From Tubulanus polymorphus (Eukaryota > Animalia > Nemertea), in assembly GCF_964204645.1 (NCBI RefSeq), contig NC_134025.1:18823101-18887100 (forward strand): a stretch of 64,000 nt of DNA, written 5' to 3'. The notes under the pieces are model-generated. The model ran no database searches and was not told the origin of the DNA. It saw nothing but the letters and a program-made list of their open reading frames with translations. Positions 54,363 through 64,000 of this stretch are shown here, piece by piece (within the stretch, counting starts at the first letter, position 1; each line of letters begins with the position of its first letter). The translations under genes were made by a program, and so were the position numbers.

Positions 54363-54704
54363 ATGGAGAGTAAACAAGTACACAGTGAATTCTTAGATAG
54401 AATTAAAGATACTTCAAGCGTCAAATCTGTAGATTATAAATTTAAAAAACTAACTGAGTTAACAATTCACAAGAAATATTTAATTACAAATATTGTTACA
54501 GTTACTAATAAATATGGAGATAAATTAGTAATTCATTTAGAATATGAAGGATTAAAAGGAAATAAATATAAATTCAGAACTTATTTACCAGATAGATTTC
54601 ATAGATTATCAAGTGAAGATCTAGAAGAATTATGTTCTGGAGATTTCTATTTCGTATACAAAGGTAAGAATGAAAAAGGGCACCATGAAATAGATTTCGA
54701 ATGA
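54363..54704 (+). CDS. Conserved 113-aa protein, possibly ssDNA-binding (uncertain)
   Basis: Homolog of 6031-6384. Confidence 0.6.
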   Translation: MESKQVHSEFLDRIKDTSSVKSVDYKFKKLTELTIHKKYLITNIVTVTNKYGDKLVIHLEYEGLKGNKYKFRTYLPDRFHRLSSEDLEELCSGDFYFVYKGKNEKGHHEIDFE

Positions 54705-54719
54705 AAATATGTAAAATAA

Positions 54720-55481
54720 ATGGTAGAATTAAAAGAATACAGAATATTTGTTGATTCTAGAAAACTTACAAATTATAAATCACATAATTTATTAGTACAA
54801 TTAGATAGAGAATTTAAGAATTGTGTAGATTTAAAATTAGTAAATATAAGTTTATGTAATTCTTTTTACAATGTATCGGATAAGTCTATTGAACATAGAG
54901 TCATTTTAATTAATATTAGAAATAAAAATGAATGGGTCTATATATATTTAAAACCAGGGTTATATAATTTAGATACATTAGCACAAGAAATTAATAGAAA
55001 AGCCTGGCACAAATTAGGTAGTAGTTCTGGGTTTAGTATTAGATTTTTAAAAAGTGAGAGTTCTGATAGAATAAAGATAAGGTTGTCTAATAGTGAAAAA
55101 CATAAAATTATGGTAAAAAAACCTATAGCTAAACTGTTAGGAATTCTTCCAGATAGATCTTTTACAAATATTGACGCTACTACACCAAACTTAATACCTT
55201 ACACACATTTTTATATTTATTGCAATTTAATTGATCCTACAAAAACATTCGAAGCAACTAAAGATATAACTTGTAATTCTGGTTTACTAAACATTTTACC
55301 ATTGAAGAATGTTAAAGAATTTGGAACGCAAATAAATTATAATTTAACAGAATGTGATTTCAAACCATGCATTCCTAGTTTTAATAATTTTAGATTAGAA
55401 ATTAGAAATCATAATGGATACTTAATTGATTTGAATAACTTTCCTGTAATTTATGAATTAGTTATAAGATGTAAAGAGTAA
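54720..55481 (+). CDS. Probable minor capsid (penton) protein, intact
   Basis: 253 aa; conserved ends, variable middle; penton-like patterns. Confidence 0.68.
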   Translation: MVELKEYRIFVDSRKLTNYKSHNLLVQLDREFKNCVDLKLVNISLCNSFYNVSDKSIEHRVILINIRNKNEWVYIYLKPGLYNLDTLAQEINRKAWHKLGSSSGFSIRFLKSESSDRIKIRLSNSEKHKIMVKKPIAKLLGILPDRSFTNIDATTPNLIPYTHFYIYCNLIDPTKTFEATKDITCNSGLLNILPLKNVKEFGTQINYNLTECDFKPCIPSFNNFRLEIRNHNGYLIDLNNFPVIYELVIRCKE

Positions 55482-55498
55482 TTTTTTACACTATATAA

Positions 55499-55840
55499 AT
55501 GAATATAACTGTTGGACCGAGTATATGTTTTGGGTTTGATTTTAAACATGGTAAAGAAATGAGAATTAAACTAAATGATGTAATTACTGATATAAAAAGT
55601 AAATCATTTAACAATGCATCAATGATTGATAAAGAAAATTATAATATAGAAAAAGTAATTGATTTAATTAAATCACCTTTAGAATATTATGAATTTAATG
55701 AAGATGGAATTATTGAAGATATTAAAAACATATTAACCAAAATATATGATAATCATAAAACTAGTAATGAAATAAATGTTGAATTAATCATAAATAAGTT
55801 AACTAAATATTTTGATGATAGTAATTTTTTTGATAAATAA
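55499..55840 (+). CDS. Hypothetical 113-aa protein
   Basis: Homolog of 7163-7519. Confidence 0.7.
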   Translation: MNITVGPSICFGFDFKHGKEMRIKLNDVITDIKSKSFNNASMIDKENYNIEKVIDLIKSPLEYYEFNEDGIIEDIKNILTKIYDNHKTSNEINVELIINKLTKYFDDSNFFDK

Positions 55841-56062
55841 ATGAGTGATAATAAGTGGATAATAACTGGATTATATAATGGCGCATTACTATCAGTTGGA
55901 ACTGTTGGTTATTCAATGGTATTAAAAAAAGTATTCAAAATGGGAAGTGTTAATGTTGATAGATTTGATATCAATGATATTCTAAAATTAACATTAGCAG
56001 TTACTTTATCTAATTTAACTATTGATTATTTGGAAAAACAAAAATATATTCCTCCCATATAA
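55841..56062 (+). CDS. Small hydrophobic 73-aa protein
   Basis: Identical to 7520-7741 product. Confidence 0.75.
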   Translation: MSDNKWIITGLYNGALLSVGTVGYSMVLKKVFKMGSVNVDRFDINDILKLTLAVTLSNLTIDYLEKQKYIPPI

Positions 56063-56086
56063 ATGCATATTTTTTTTGTTAAATAA

Positions 56087-56509
56087 ATGGCTTCTGCAAT
56101 TATAACTATTATAGGATCAGCAATTGTTAACGCTTTAGCATTTACTGGTGGTGGTTATTTATTTAAACATATTGATAAAAATAGTTCATTAGGAGAACAA
56201 AGAAGACATAACTTAGCGTTAGAGAAATACAATAAAGCTGCAGAAGAATATAGAGAAAAGAGACAAAACTATATGGATTACATCAATAAAGAATTATATA
56301 ATCAGAAGATTTCACACAGAGATTTTCAATCAGTTGATGATGCAATGAGTTTATATAACGCGGTAACCAATAAAGAAAAATTACATCTATACAAACCTAA
56401 ATTATCAGATTATTATACCCCAAGTAAAGAACAACAGAAATATGAAATAATATGGATTTTAGGTGGAACAGTTATTGTTATATTTGTTGCTTATAAGTTT
56501 ACTAATTAG
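56087..56509 (+). CDS. 140-aa membrane protein
   Basis: Homolog of 7766-8188. Confidence 0.75.
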   Translation: MASAIITIIGSAIVNALAFTGGGYLFKHIDKNSSLGEQRRHNLALEKYNKAAEEYREKRQNYMDYINKELYNQKISHRDFQSVDDAMSLYNAVTNKEKLHLYKPKLSDYYTPSKEQQKYEIIWILGGTVIVIFVAYKFTN

Positions 56510-56528
56510 TAATTTTTATTCTAAATAA

Positions 56529-56963
56529 ATGGAAGATAAAGTTGATAGTATTGATATTATTCCTCATGATATAAATAAAACTAAATTAAAAACATATTTA
56601 GAAAAACAAATATTAGAATTTGAAAGTGACTTAAAGATAAAAAAGAAAAAATATTTAAAAAGTAAAATTATATATTATTTGATTATAAGTGGTTCGGTTA
56701 CAATTAGTTCTGTAATAACATTTTTAGCAATATTCAGTCCATTAACACCTTTAGCTATATCAATTGGTATATTAGGATTAAGTTCAAGTGTTTTAACTGG
56801 TATAAGTTCAAAATTAAATATAAAAAGTAATAAAGAAAAAATTAAAACTAATATAAAAGAAATTAATAAATTAAAGAACACACTAGATTATATAATGAGT
56901 TTAAATGGTCATATAACAGTTGAAGAACAAGATAAATTATTAAAAGAATTAATAAATTATTAA
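56529..56963 (+). CDS. 144-aa two-TM protein
   Basis: Long hydrophobic hairpin IIYYLIISGS..VLTGIS; homolog at 8209. Confidence 0.75.
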   Translation: MEDKVDSIDIIPHDINKTKLKTYLEKQILEFESDLKIKKKKYLKSKIIYYLIISGSVTISSVITFLAIFSPLTPLAISIGILGLSSSVLTGISSKLNIKSNKEKIKTNIKEINKLKNTLDYIMSLNGHITVEEQDKLLKELINY

Positions 56964-56980
56964 TTTTTTTAATTATATAA

Positions 56981-58375
56981 ATGGGGTTTGTAGATAGTTT
57001 TCCAAAAGCTTTCCAATATAATAAATCAATTAAATATAATATTCCAGCAATAGATTTTAATAAAGATATTACATATAGAAATGAAGTTTTAGATTCATTA
57101 ATTGATTTATATATTTATGTTACTGAAACTAATAATTTTAATGCAAAGATGGAAAATATATTTCATGTATATTTGATTAATTTTAAAAAATTGAAAGATG
57201 AAAAACAATGGTTATTAAAATCTAATATGAAGTATTGGCAGAATCAATTAAATTTTGCTGTTTATTGTGCAACAACAGGATGTGGAATTAGTTGGAATGA
57301 TCATTTGAATAATTCTAAATATAAATTAATTCAAAGTTTATTTAGATTTCATACATACTTTCAAATCAGAATAATATTAAATGAATTAGAGTGCGCTTTA
57401 CCAGGATCTAGATATTTTAAAGAATTAGATAATAATATTAATTTATCTAAGTTTTATAAAATTTGCAATGAATTTAATATAGATATAAATAATTCTGATT
57501 TTAGAACAAAAATTGGAACAATAAGATCACTTCCTTGCCCTAGAAAGATTGCAGAATATTGTGCACTTCCCATACCATCTAATAGTTTTTATAATATCTA
57601 TAATAATAAATTAGGTTATGGTAAAATAGAAACAAAGGATTTAGAAACAATCAATTTCAATAAATTACCGAAATTTTATGATAATTTAAAACAAGAAAAC
57701 AATAATGGTTGGGTTTATTTTATTTTAGAAAATAGTGAAGGTTTTACTAAATCAGGTATAGAAAGAATAAATCAATCTATTAGAACTTATTTGATATGTA
57801 TTTTAGGTGCGCAAGTTGAAACAAGATCACCGATAATTGGAAATTTGAATACATCATTCGATACACAAAAACAATTTAAAGTTTTATTTGAAGATTCAAT
57901 TCATAATGATAAAAATAGATCGATTCCAGAAAACATTATAAGATATCAAAATTATTTAGATAAATCTCATGTAAGACTTAATTATTGTATAGGCCCTAAT
58001 CTATTAATTATTTCTAATGATTTAGTATTAAAGATGGGAAACATAATTGGTTATAATAATCTAATTAAAACTGCAACAATAAATAATTCATTTGGATTAA
58101 ATGATATAAATAAAAAGATTATTACTGCTCCAAAATTAATGGAAGGTGAAAAAAATAAAAAACACATTCAATCAACAGAAACTAAAACTAAGAATATTAA
58201 ATTGGTTAATGATTCCAAAATAAAAGATTACAATACATCAGAAAATAATAGAACTGATAAAATTCAACATGATATAATTAAACTAAATGATGATAATAAA
58301 TCCCATGAAAATACTAAATTAGCTATAACTTGTATAGGAATTGTAATCGGAGGAATATTATATTTTAAATTTTAA
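56981..58375 (+). CDS. 464-aa conserved protein with C-terminal membrane anchor
   Basis: Intact ORF; ends LAITCIGIVIGGILYFKF. Confidence 0.78.
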   Translation: MGFVDSFPKAFQYNKSIKYNIPAIDFNKDITYRNEVLDSLIDLYIYVTETNNFNAKMENIFHVYLINFKKLKDEKQWLLKSNMKYWQNQLNFAVYCATTGCGISWNDHLNNSKYKLIQSLFRFHTYFQIRIILNELECALPGSRYFKELDNNINLSKFYKICNEFNIDINNSDFRTKIGTIRSLPCPRKIAEYCALPIPSNSFYNIYNNKLGYGKIETKDLETINFNKLPKFYDNLKQENNNGWVYFILENSEGFTKSGIERINQSIRTYLICILGAQVETRSPIIGNLNTSFDTQKQFKVLFEDSIHNDKNRSIPENIIRYQNYLDKSHVRLNYCIGPNLLIISNDLVLKMGNIIGYNNLIKTATINNSFGLNDINKKIITAPKLMEGEKNKKHIQSTETKTKNIKLVNDSKIKDYNTSENNRTDKIQHDIIKLNDDNKSHENTKLAITCIGIVIGGILYFKF

Positions 58376-58391
58376 TTTTTTTATTATGTAA

Positions 58392-59867
58392 ATGGATGTA
58401 GAAGGTGGAGAAGATTATGAAATGGGAGAAATGGGAAATAATAATGAAGGATATATTGATGATGAACCACAACCCGATTTTAATGAAACTAATATTGATA
58501 ATAATGATGAATCAGCATATAATTCTAATTTAGCAGATAGTGGTTCTAAAGGTCAATCAACAGATGAATTTGATAGAAGAACTAGATCGAGAATAAATCC
58601 TGAAAATGAAAATCCAGATTTAGTAAAACAAAATTTAGAATATAATGAATATATTTATAATTTCAAACCTATATTTGAAAAATCTGGATATAATATAAAT
58701 GCCAGAGGCGCCAGACTTTTAGTACAAGAATTAAAGTTTTTAGATGGTGAATATTATTATCATTTGAAAGATGATTATTATATTGATATCTCTTATAAAA
58801 AACAAAACAAAATATTAGCAGAATCAACTTTGCTTAAGTCTGACTCATTACTATCTAGAATTAAGAGAATAAGAAATAGTAATGAAATAGAAGATGTAAC
58901 ACAAGAAGAAATTATTAAAAATGAAAGAGTATTTAAACAAAGAATTAATGAATTATTTGAAACAATCGATAATAATTTAGAAACAGAAACAACTTCTGAA
59001 CAGAATATAACTTCCAAAACTAGTAAACTTAAATCAAATAAAGTTCCAATTGAAAAACTTTTACCGAATGGGTTACTTGATGCAACAGATCAAGAATTAG
59101 AAGATTTAGATATATTTTCTGACAAAGCAATTAGAGAAATTATTAGTATAAGACTTGCATCTGATAAAATTGCGCATGATAAAAGTATAAGAGATTTTAA
59201 AATTAGAACTTTAGAAAAAGAAAGAACTGATAAAAATAAAGAAATAGAACAATTAAAATTAGATAGAGATAATAAAGTTATTGAAGAAATTGAATTTAAA
59301 AAAAGAAATGCATATTTAGAAAAAGAAATTGATGATTTAGAATATAACATAGAATTACAAAAAGAAGAAATTAAATTATTGTTAAAATCATATGATTATA
59401 ATATTAATAGATTAAAAGTTATTTTTAAAGATTTGTTGATTTAACCAAATTCTAAAATATCATTAAAAGACAGAATAAAGTTATTATTTAAATTAGAAGG
59501 TATAACAATTCTTTCAATTGTAACAGCTGTAACTATGTTATTTACAACAATTGGTTTAGCTATATCAAATGCTTTAAAATCTACTCCTACTCCCACTCCC
59601 AATAAACCAGATAAACCTCCAGGTAATAATTCTATACAAGATAAAGTTAAAGATGGTTTAAAGAAATTAGCAAAATATTTATGGGAACTATCTAAAAAAT
59701 CTGCTGCAGCTTTACCAGGAGTTATTGCTTCAATTGTTGGTTTTATATTGAAATCTGCAGGAAACATTATTAACTTTGCTGCTGAACATATTATTTTATT
59801 TTTAATTACAGTTGTAAGTGCTATTATTTTTGGTTTAGTGAATATGATATCAAAAAATATCAAGTAA
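58392..59867 (+). pseudogene. Large acidic/coiled-coil protein with hydrophobic C-terminal domain, probably one gene frameshifted near 59440; absent from E1
   Basis: ORF 58392-59444 ends where another frame reads ISLKDRIKLLFKLEGITILSIVTAVT into ORF 59535-59867. Confidence 0.6.
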
Positions 59868-59940
59868 ACCATGATATCAAAAAATATCAAGTAAACCATG
59901 ATATCAAAAAATATCAAGTAAACCATGATATCAAAAAATA
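59844..59940 (+). repeat. 27-bp tandem repeat x3.6 covering a stop codon
   Basis: ATGATATCAAAAAATATCAAGTAAACC units. Confidence 0.92.
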
Positions 59941-59966
59941 AATAATTAATTTTTTTTGTTAAATAA

Positions 59967-61214
59967 ATGAGTGGGAGTTATATAAGTCCTTCGAAGAATC
60001 ATAGAATATCTAATGCTATTAAAGCAGAAAGATCACATCATATAATTACTCATAACCCTTCAAATATTAATCCCGATGAAACTTTATACGTTAGAATTCC
60101 TAGATTAACACAAAATACTTTTTATGTTCCAAATAGTATTTATTTATCAGCTGATATAAAAGTAATCGGTAATAATAATAATTATGTCGTTGATAATGTT
60201 GGAAGATATTTGATTAAAAAGTTAACAATAAAGATTGGTCCAGAAACAGTTTTCTCATTAGATGATTATAATTTATTTATGCATTATAAAGATTTATGGT
60301 TAACTAAAGAAAATAGAAATAATATGATATTTCAAGGCATCCAATCAGAAAACCAAAATAAATTAAGATCAGAAGCTAATAGCGCAATATTAACAAATGA
60401 TGTAGATAAATTGATAAAAAGTGTATATGGAAACAAATATAAAATTCCATTAGACTTTGAATTGATAAATAATAATGCACCTTTATATAAATACGCAATT
60501 CAAGAAGATATTATATTTGAGATAACATTTGCTCCTGTAAATGAAATTGTATTATCTAGCGTTAATAAAGATATGAGTTATAAATTATCGAATATATGTT
60601 TAGAATATGATACAGTAACTGATGAAAATATTTCAAGTATAATTCAAACTCAATACAATCAAGGGTTTTCATTATTATATGATTATATTGATAAATTTAA
60701 AACTGTAACTATTAATGCAAATGATGAAATAATTAATGAGAATATTAACTTTCCTAGAAGATCTATTAAAGGTATATTAATATTTTTTACTATTGGAACG
60801 TATACTAATGGTGCAATAAATGTTGATAATTATTATAATCCTGAAATAACAAAAGTAGAAATAACTATCGAAGGTATAGCAAATAAAATATTTTGTCAAG
60901 GAATGAGAATGATTGATCAATGGGTAGAAATTAAAAAACATTTTATGAATGAAAAAATAAAATCATTTGAAAATTGTAACATTAATCAAATTGATTATTA
61001 TACCGGTAATAAATATGCATTATGGGTAGATTTTAGAACAACTGAAGATAACTTATTACATGGTTCTGGAAAAAAACTACAGAACACTAAAGATGGAATA
61101 GAATTATTCATGACAAATAAAAAGGGAATCAAAAATTTTAAAATGCACATTTATATTATATCTGATGCGCAATTAAATATTGTAAATTCACAATTAGATA
61201 GTGTTATGTATTAA
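59967..61214 (+). CDS. Probable major capsid protein, 415 aa, intact
   Basis: Near-identical to 10074-11321. Confidence 0.75.
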   Translation: MSGSYISPSKNHRISNAIKAERSHHIITHNPSNINPDETLYVRIPRLTQNTFYVPNSIYLSADIKVIGNNNNYVVDNVGRYLIKKLTIKIGPETVFSLDDYNLFMHYKDLWLTKENRNNMIFQGIQSENQNKLRSEANSAILTNDVDKLIKSVYGNKYKIPLDFELINNNAPLYKYAIQEDIIFEITFAPVNEIVLSSVNKDMSYKLSNICLEYDTVTDENISSIIQTQYNQGFSLLYDYIDKFKTVTINANDEIINENINFPRRSIKGILIFFTIGTYTNGAINVDNYYNPEITKVEITIEGIANKIFCQGMRMIDQWVEIKKHFMNEKIKSFENCNINQIDYYTGNKYALWVDFRTTEDNLLHGSGKKLQNTKDGIELFMTNKKGIKNFKMHIYIISDAQLNIVNSQLDSVMY

Positions 61215-61246
61215 AATTTTAACTTTAATAAAAAATCTTATATTAA

Positions 61247-62278
61247 ATGGAAGGTGGAATATATGAAATACAATCTCCAAGTGAAATGATATCAGATATA
61301 TATTATATATTACCTTATGATGAATACAGTAAGTATTTTGGAGATTACTTTAATCAATTCAAATATAGAATAAGTAAAATAGATAAGAATATTGAAACAA
61401 AAATAGAAGATAATATTGAACCTAAAATAGAAGATAAGAATGATATTGAATATAAAATAGAAGATAATGTTATACCTTCTACATCGAATGATGATAAGAT
61501 TGAAACAAAAATAGAACATAATATTGAAACTAAAATAGAAAAATCAAATGTTCAACCAAAAGATAACATCAGATGTATGTATTGTGAAGAAGATTTTGAT
61601 AATTATAATGATTATTTATTACACATCAAAAAAGATGAACATATTTTACAATTAGTAAAAACATATGCCAATATATATAAAGATAAATGCAAAGAGGATC
61701 AGAATTATTGTGCCTTCTGTAATGAATGTATAACAAAGGCTAATTGGGCAAAACATTATAAATTAAAAACAAAAGGTGGAAATGATTCAGCCCATGCAAT
61801 ACAAGTATTTAAATCTTGGTGTGAAAAATGTAAAGAATATGTAATATATGATAAACAATTGAATCATAAATACTCAATTAAACATATTGGTACATATAAT
61901 GTAATAGAAGATCCAACAGTTATAAATCCAAAATTTAATAATAATAATATATTAGATTATCGGTGGTATAGAAAAACATTTATAGATTATTTATTGAGTA
62001 ATGATATAGTTACCATATTGAAAAAGTTAGATAACTTTAAACCAAATGTAAGTTATGCAATGAACTTATTTGAACTTAAATATGATGATTTTAGAGAATT
62101 TTTAAATAAACATCCATCTAAAACTGAAATCGAAAATTATATTCCAAAAATATTTTCAAGAAAAACCTTCAATAAATATAAATTTGGGAATCATTTAGGA
62201 CTTATACCAAAGATAATGCAAAGGGATATATATTTAGAATACAATAAGCTTAAAGAAAAATATGAAAATGAAAATTAA
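61247..62278 (+). CDS. Variable multi-zinc-finger protein with KIE(T/D) repeats
   Basis: CMYC..H.....H, CAFC..H, CEKC..H.....H; same locus as E1 11354. Confidence 0.7.
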   Translation: MEGGIYEIQSPSEMISDIYYILPYDEYSKYFGDYFNQFKYRISKIDKNIETKIEDNIEPKIEDKNDIEYKIEDNVIPSTSNDDKIETKIEHNIETKIEKSNVQPKDNIRCMYCEEDFDNYNDYLLHIKKDEHILQLVKTYANIYKDKCKEDQNYCAFCNECITKANWAKHYKLKTKGGNDSAHAIQVFKSWCEKCKEYVIYDKQLNHKYSIKHIGTYNVIEDPTVINPKFNNNNILDYRWYRKTFIDYLLSNDIVTILKKLDNFKPNVSYAMNLFELKYDDFREFLNKHPSKTEIENYIPKIFSRKTFNKYKFGNHLGLIPKIMQRDIYLEYNKLKEKYENEN

Positions 62279-62282
62279 AAAG

Positions 62283-62662
62283 ATTATAGAATTCACTGTA
62301 TATTGATGAATGAATGGATGAGTTGGAAGAGTTGGATGAGTTGGATGAGTGGAAGAGTGGATGAGTATAATAATATATATATTTTACTTTTTAACACATA
62401 AATTGGAAGAATAGTATGAGTATAAATATAATATTTATATTCTTTATTAAATTTAACACAATATATATATATATTATTAAAATAATATTTAAATATAGTA
62501 TAAAATTGATAAAATAACTTCAAATCAAACTCTTACTGTTTTAAAAATAAAAAACATATGTAAATTATATATTATTACACTCATCCATTCATCCACTCAT
62601 CCAATTCATCCAATTCATCCAATTCATCCACTCATCCATCAGTATACAGTGAATTCTATAAT
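62283..62662. repeat. ~380-bp inverted-repeat region between convergent arms of E2
   Basis: ATTATAGAATTCACTGTATA.TGATG and GGATGAGT(T) units versus ACTCATCC units and CATCAGTATACAGTGAATTCTATAAT. Confidence 0.9.
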
Positions 62663-62678
62663 ATTTTGAATTAGGATT

Positions 62679-63237
62679 TTATTTTATAAATTTATATTCA
62701 TATGGAAATTGTAATCTCATAAGTAATTTTGAACCTTTATTATTCTTTAATTTATTCATATATTCATCATGTAATTCAGTAGGTATAATTTGATTTTCTT
62801 CCAATGATTGTTGCATAGATTTTCTATCTTTATTGTAGAATAAAACTAGAAATCTTATATTCTCTCTAAAATCTTTCACAATTGAATTATATTTCTGATT
62901 TAAAACCCATGTTGTTATCCCAAAATGTCTACCAGAGAAAGCTAAATAACATAACTCGCTTTCTCTAATTTTAGAATCATGTAAATTTGCGCAATCATCA
63001 ATTATCTAAATTTTCTTTTACTGTTTTAGGGTCTAATATAATAAACTTTTTTATCTTAACTATATCTCTATTATATGTTTTATTCATTTCATATGTAGGA
63101 CAGAATAATATTATATTATCAAAATGATTCTTATAAATAGTTTCTAACAAGTCTAATATGAAATGTGTTTTACCACAATTGGTTACTCCAGTTATTAACA
63201 TATTATGTGGTTCAAATATAAATAAATCTTTATTCAT
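62679..63237 (-). pseudogene. Packaging ATPase with ~50-bp deletion near 63000
   Basis: GVTNCGKT intact; segment before Walker B missing relative to E1. Confidence 0.85.
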
Positions 63238-64000
63238 TTATTCTTTTAATTTTACTAGATAAAATCCATTCATTAAATTTATCATCATATCCTTTATATT
63301 TCACCAAAGAATACTTTATTCCTTTAAGAGTTTTTGTTTTCAATACCTTTTCTATTTTGTATTCTATTTCATCTGGATTTGGTACAAGTGATAATTCTTG
63401 TTCATAGAAATAACCTAATATTTCTTCATCTTTTAGATCTTCTAATTTATAAACAAAAGGTTTAGTTAATATTATCTTTTTAATCTTAAATATTTCTTCA
63501 GTAAAATTAGGGGTATAACCTTTATAAAAGGTTTTTCTATATTTAGATATTCTAACGTGTTGTCCAGTTTTAAATTTAGGTTCTCCAAAATCATGTGTTA
63601 CAAACGCGCCATAAATTATTCCAAACTATTTCTGAATTATCTTCTTTTCTAGCTTGTATAGGTTTCATATTTATAGAATTATGTTTAGAATTATTATAAC
63701 CTTTCACTAAATCATCTAACACGTCGATATATTTATATGTTTCATTAGCGGTGAAATATTTCCACATTCTAGTTTTCAATGTTTTATTAAATCTTTCTAT
63801 AACAGATGCTTTTTTATCTGAATGTGTTGAAAAATATTCTACATCGTTATCAGTTAATAGTTTTTTAAAATGTTTGTTATAAAATTCTTTACCTTCATCA
63901 AATTGTATTTTATCTGGAATAGCTTCTTTAAATATTAATTTGAAAGAATTTGTAACTTCTATACCAGTTTTATTTTTAATCGGGATACTCCATGCGTATC
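63230..64000 (-). pseudogene. int: Integrase 3' part, 2-bp frameshift near 63610; 5' part beyond window
   Basis: Colinear with E1 13263-14030. Confidence 0.88.

Larger units (their letters stand above)
50017..64000 (+). mobile_element. Second Polinton-type element E2, right part beyond window
   Basis: Starts AGTAATAGG like E1; same gene order; predicted TSD CTCGAC (50011-50016). Confidence 0.93.

Noticed and set aside
59441-59926. 161-aa minus-strand ORF with MVYLIFFDI repeats
   Set aside because: Antisense shadow of a plus-strand gene and the 27-bp repeat

Overview
AT-rich, transposon-dense eukaryotic (probably invertebrate animal) DNA with no clear host gene. It holds three copies of one Polinton/Maverick-type integrated DNA virus family. 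E1 is complete (1521-18023; 375-bp TIRs, 6-bp TSD AACCAG). E2 starts at 50017 and runs off the window end. A relic of the integrase arm lies inverted at about 39180-41900. The family encodes a protein-primed-type PolB with an endonuclease VII/HNH-like insert, a DDE integrase with chromodomain, an A32/FtsK-like packaging ATPase, probable major and minor capsid proteins, several membrane proteins and, in E1, a stand-alone HNH nuclease. Between the copies are decayed Gypsy and BEL/Pao LTR elements, LINE 3' ends, a Penelope-like insertion, IS3EU-like and Academ-like transposases, MITE/foldback elements and satellites. Two signals stand out. (1) Each element end is a ~190-205 nt imperfect hairpin whose stem co-varies between E1 and E2 while the loop and mismatches stay fixed. 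(2) Almost every gene starts in TAAATG, preceded by either a T-run (structural genes) or an A-run (mostly replication genes), as in poxvirus late and intermediate promoters, although the element encodes no RNA polymerase. Together these suggest an integrated, hairpin-ended virus that may depend on a pox-like helper. All protein calls are motif recognition by eye; no searches were run.
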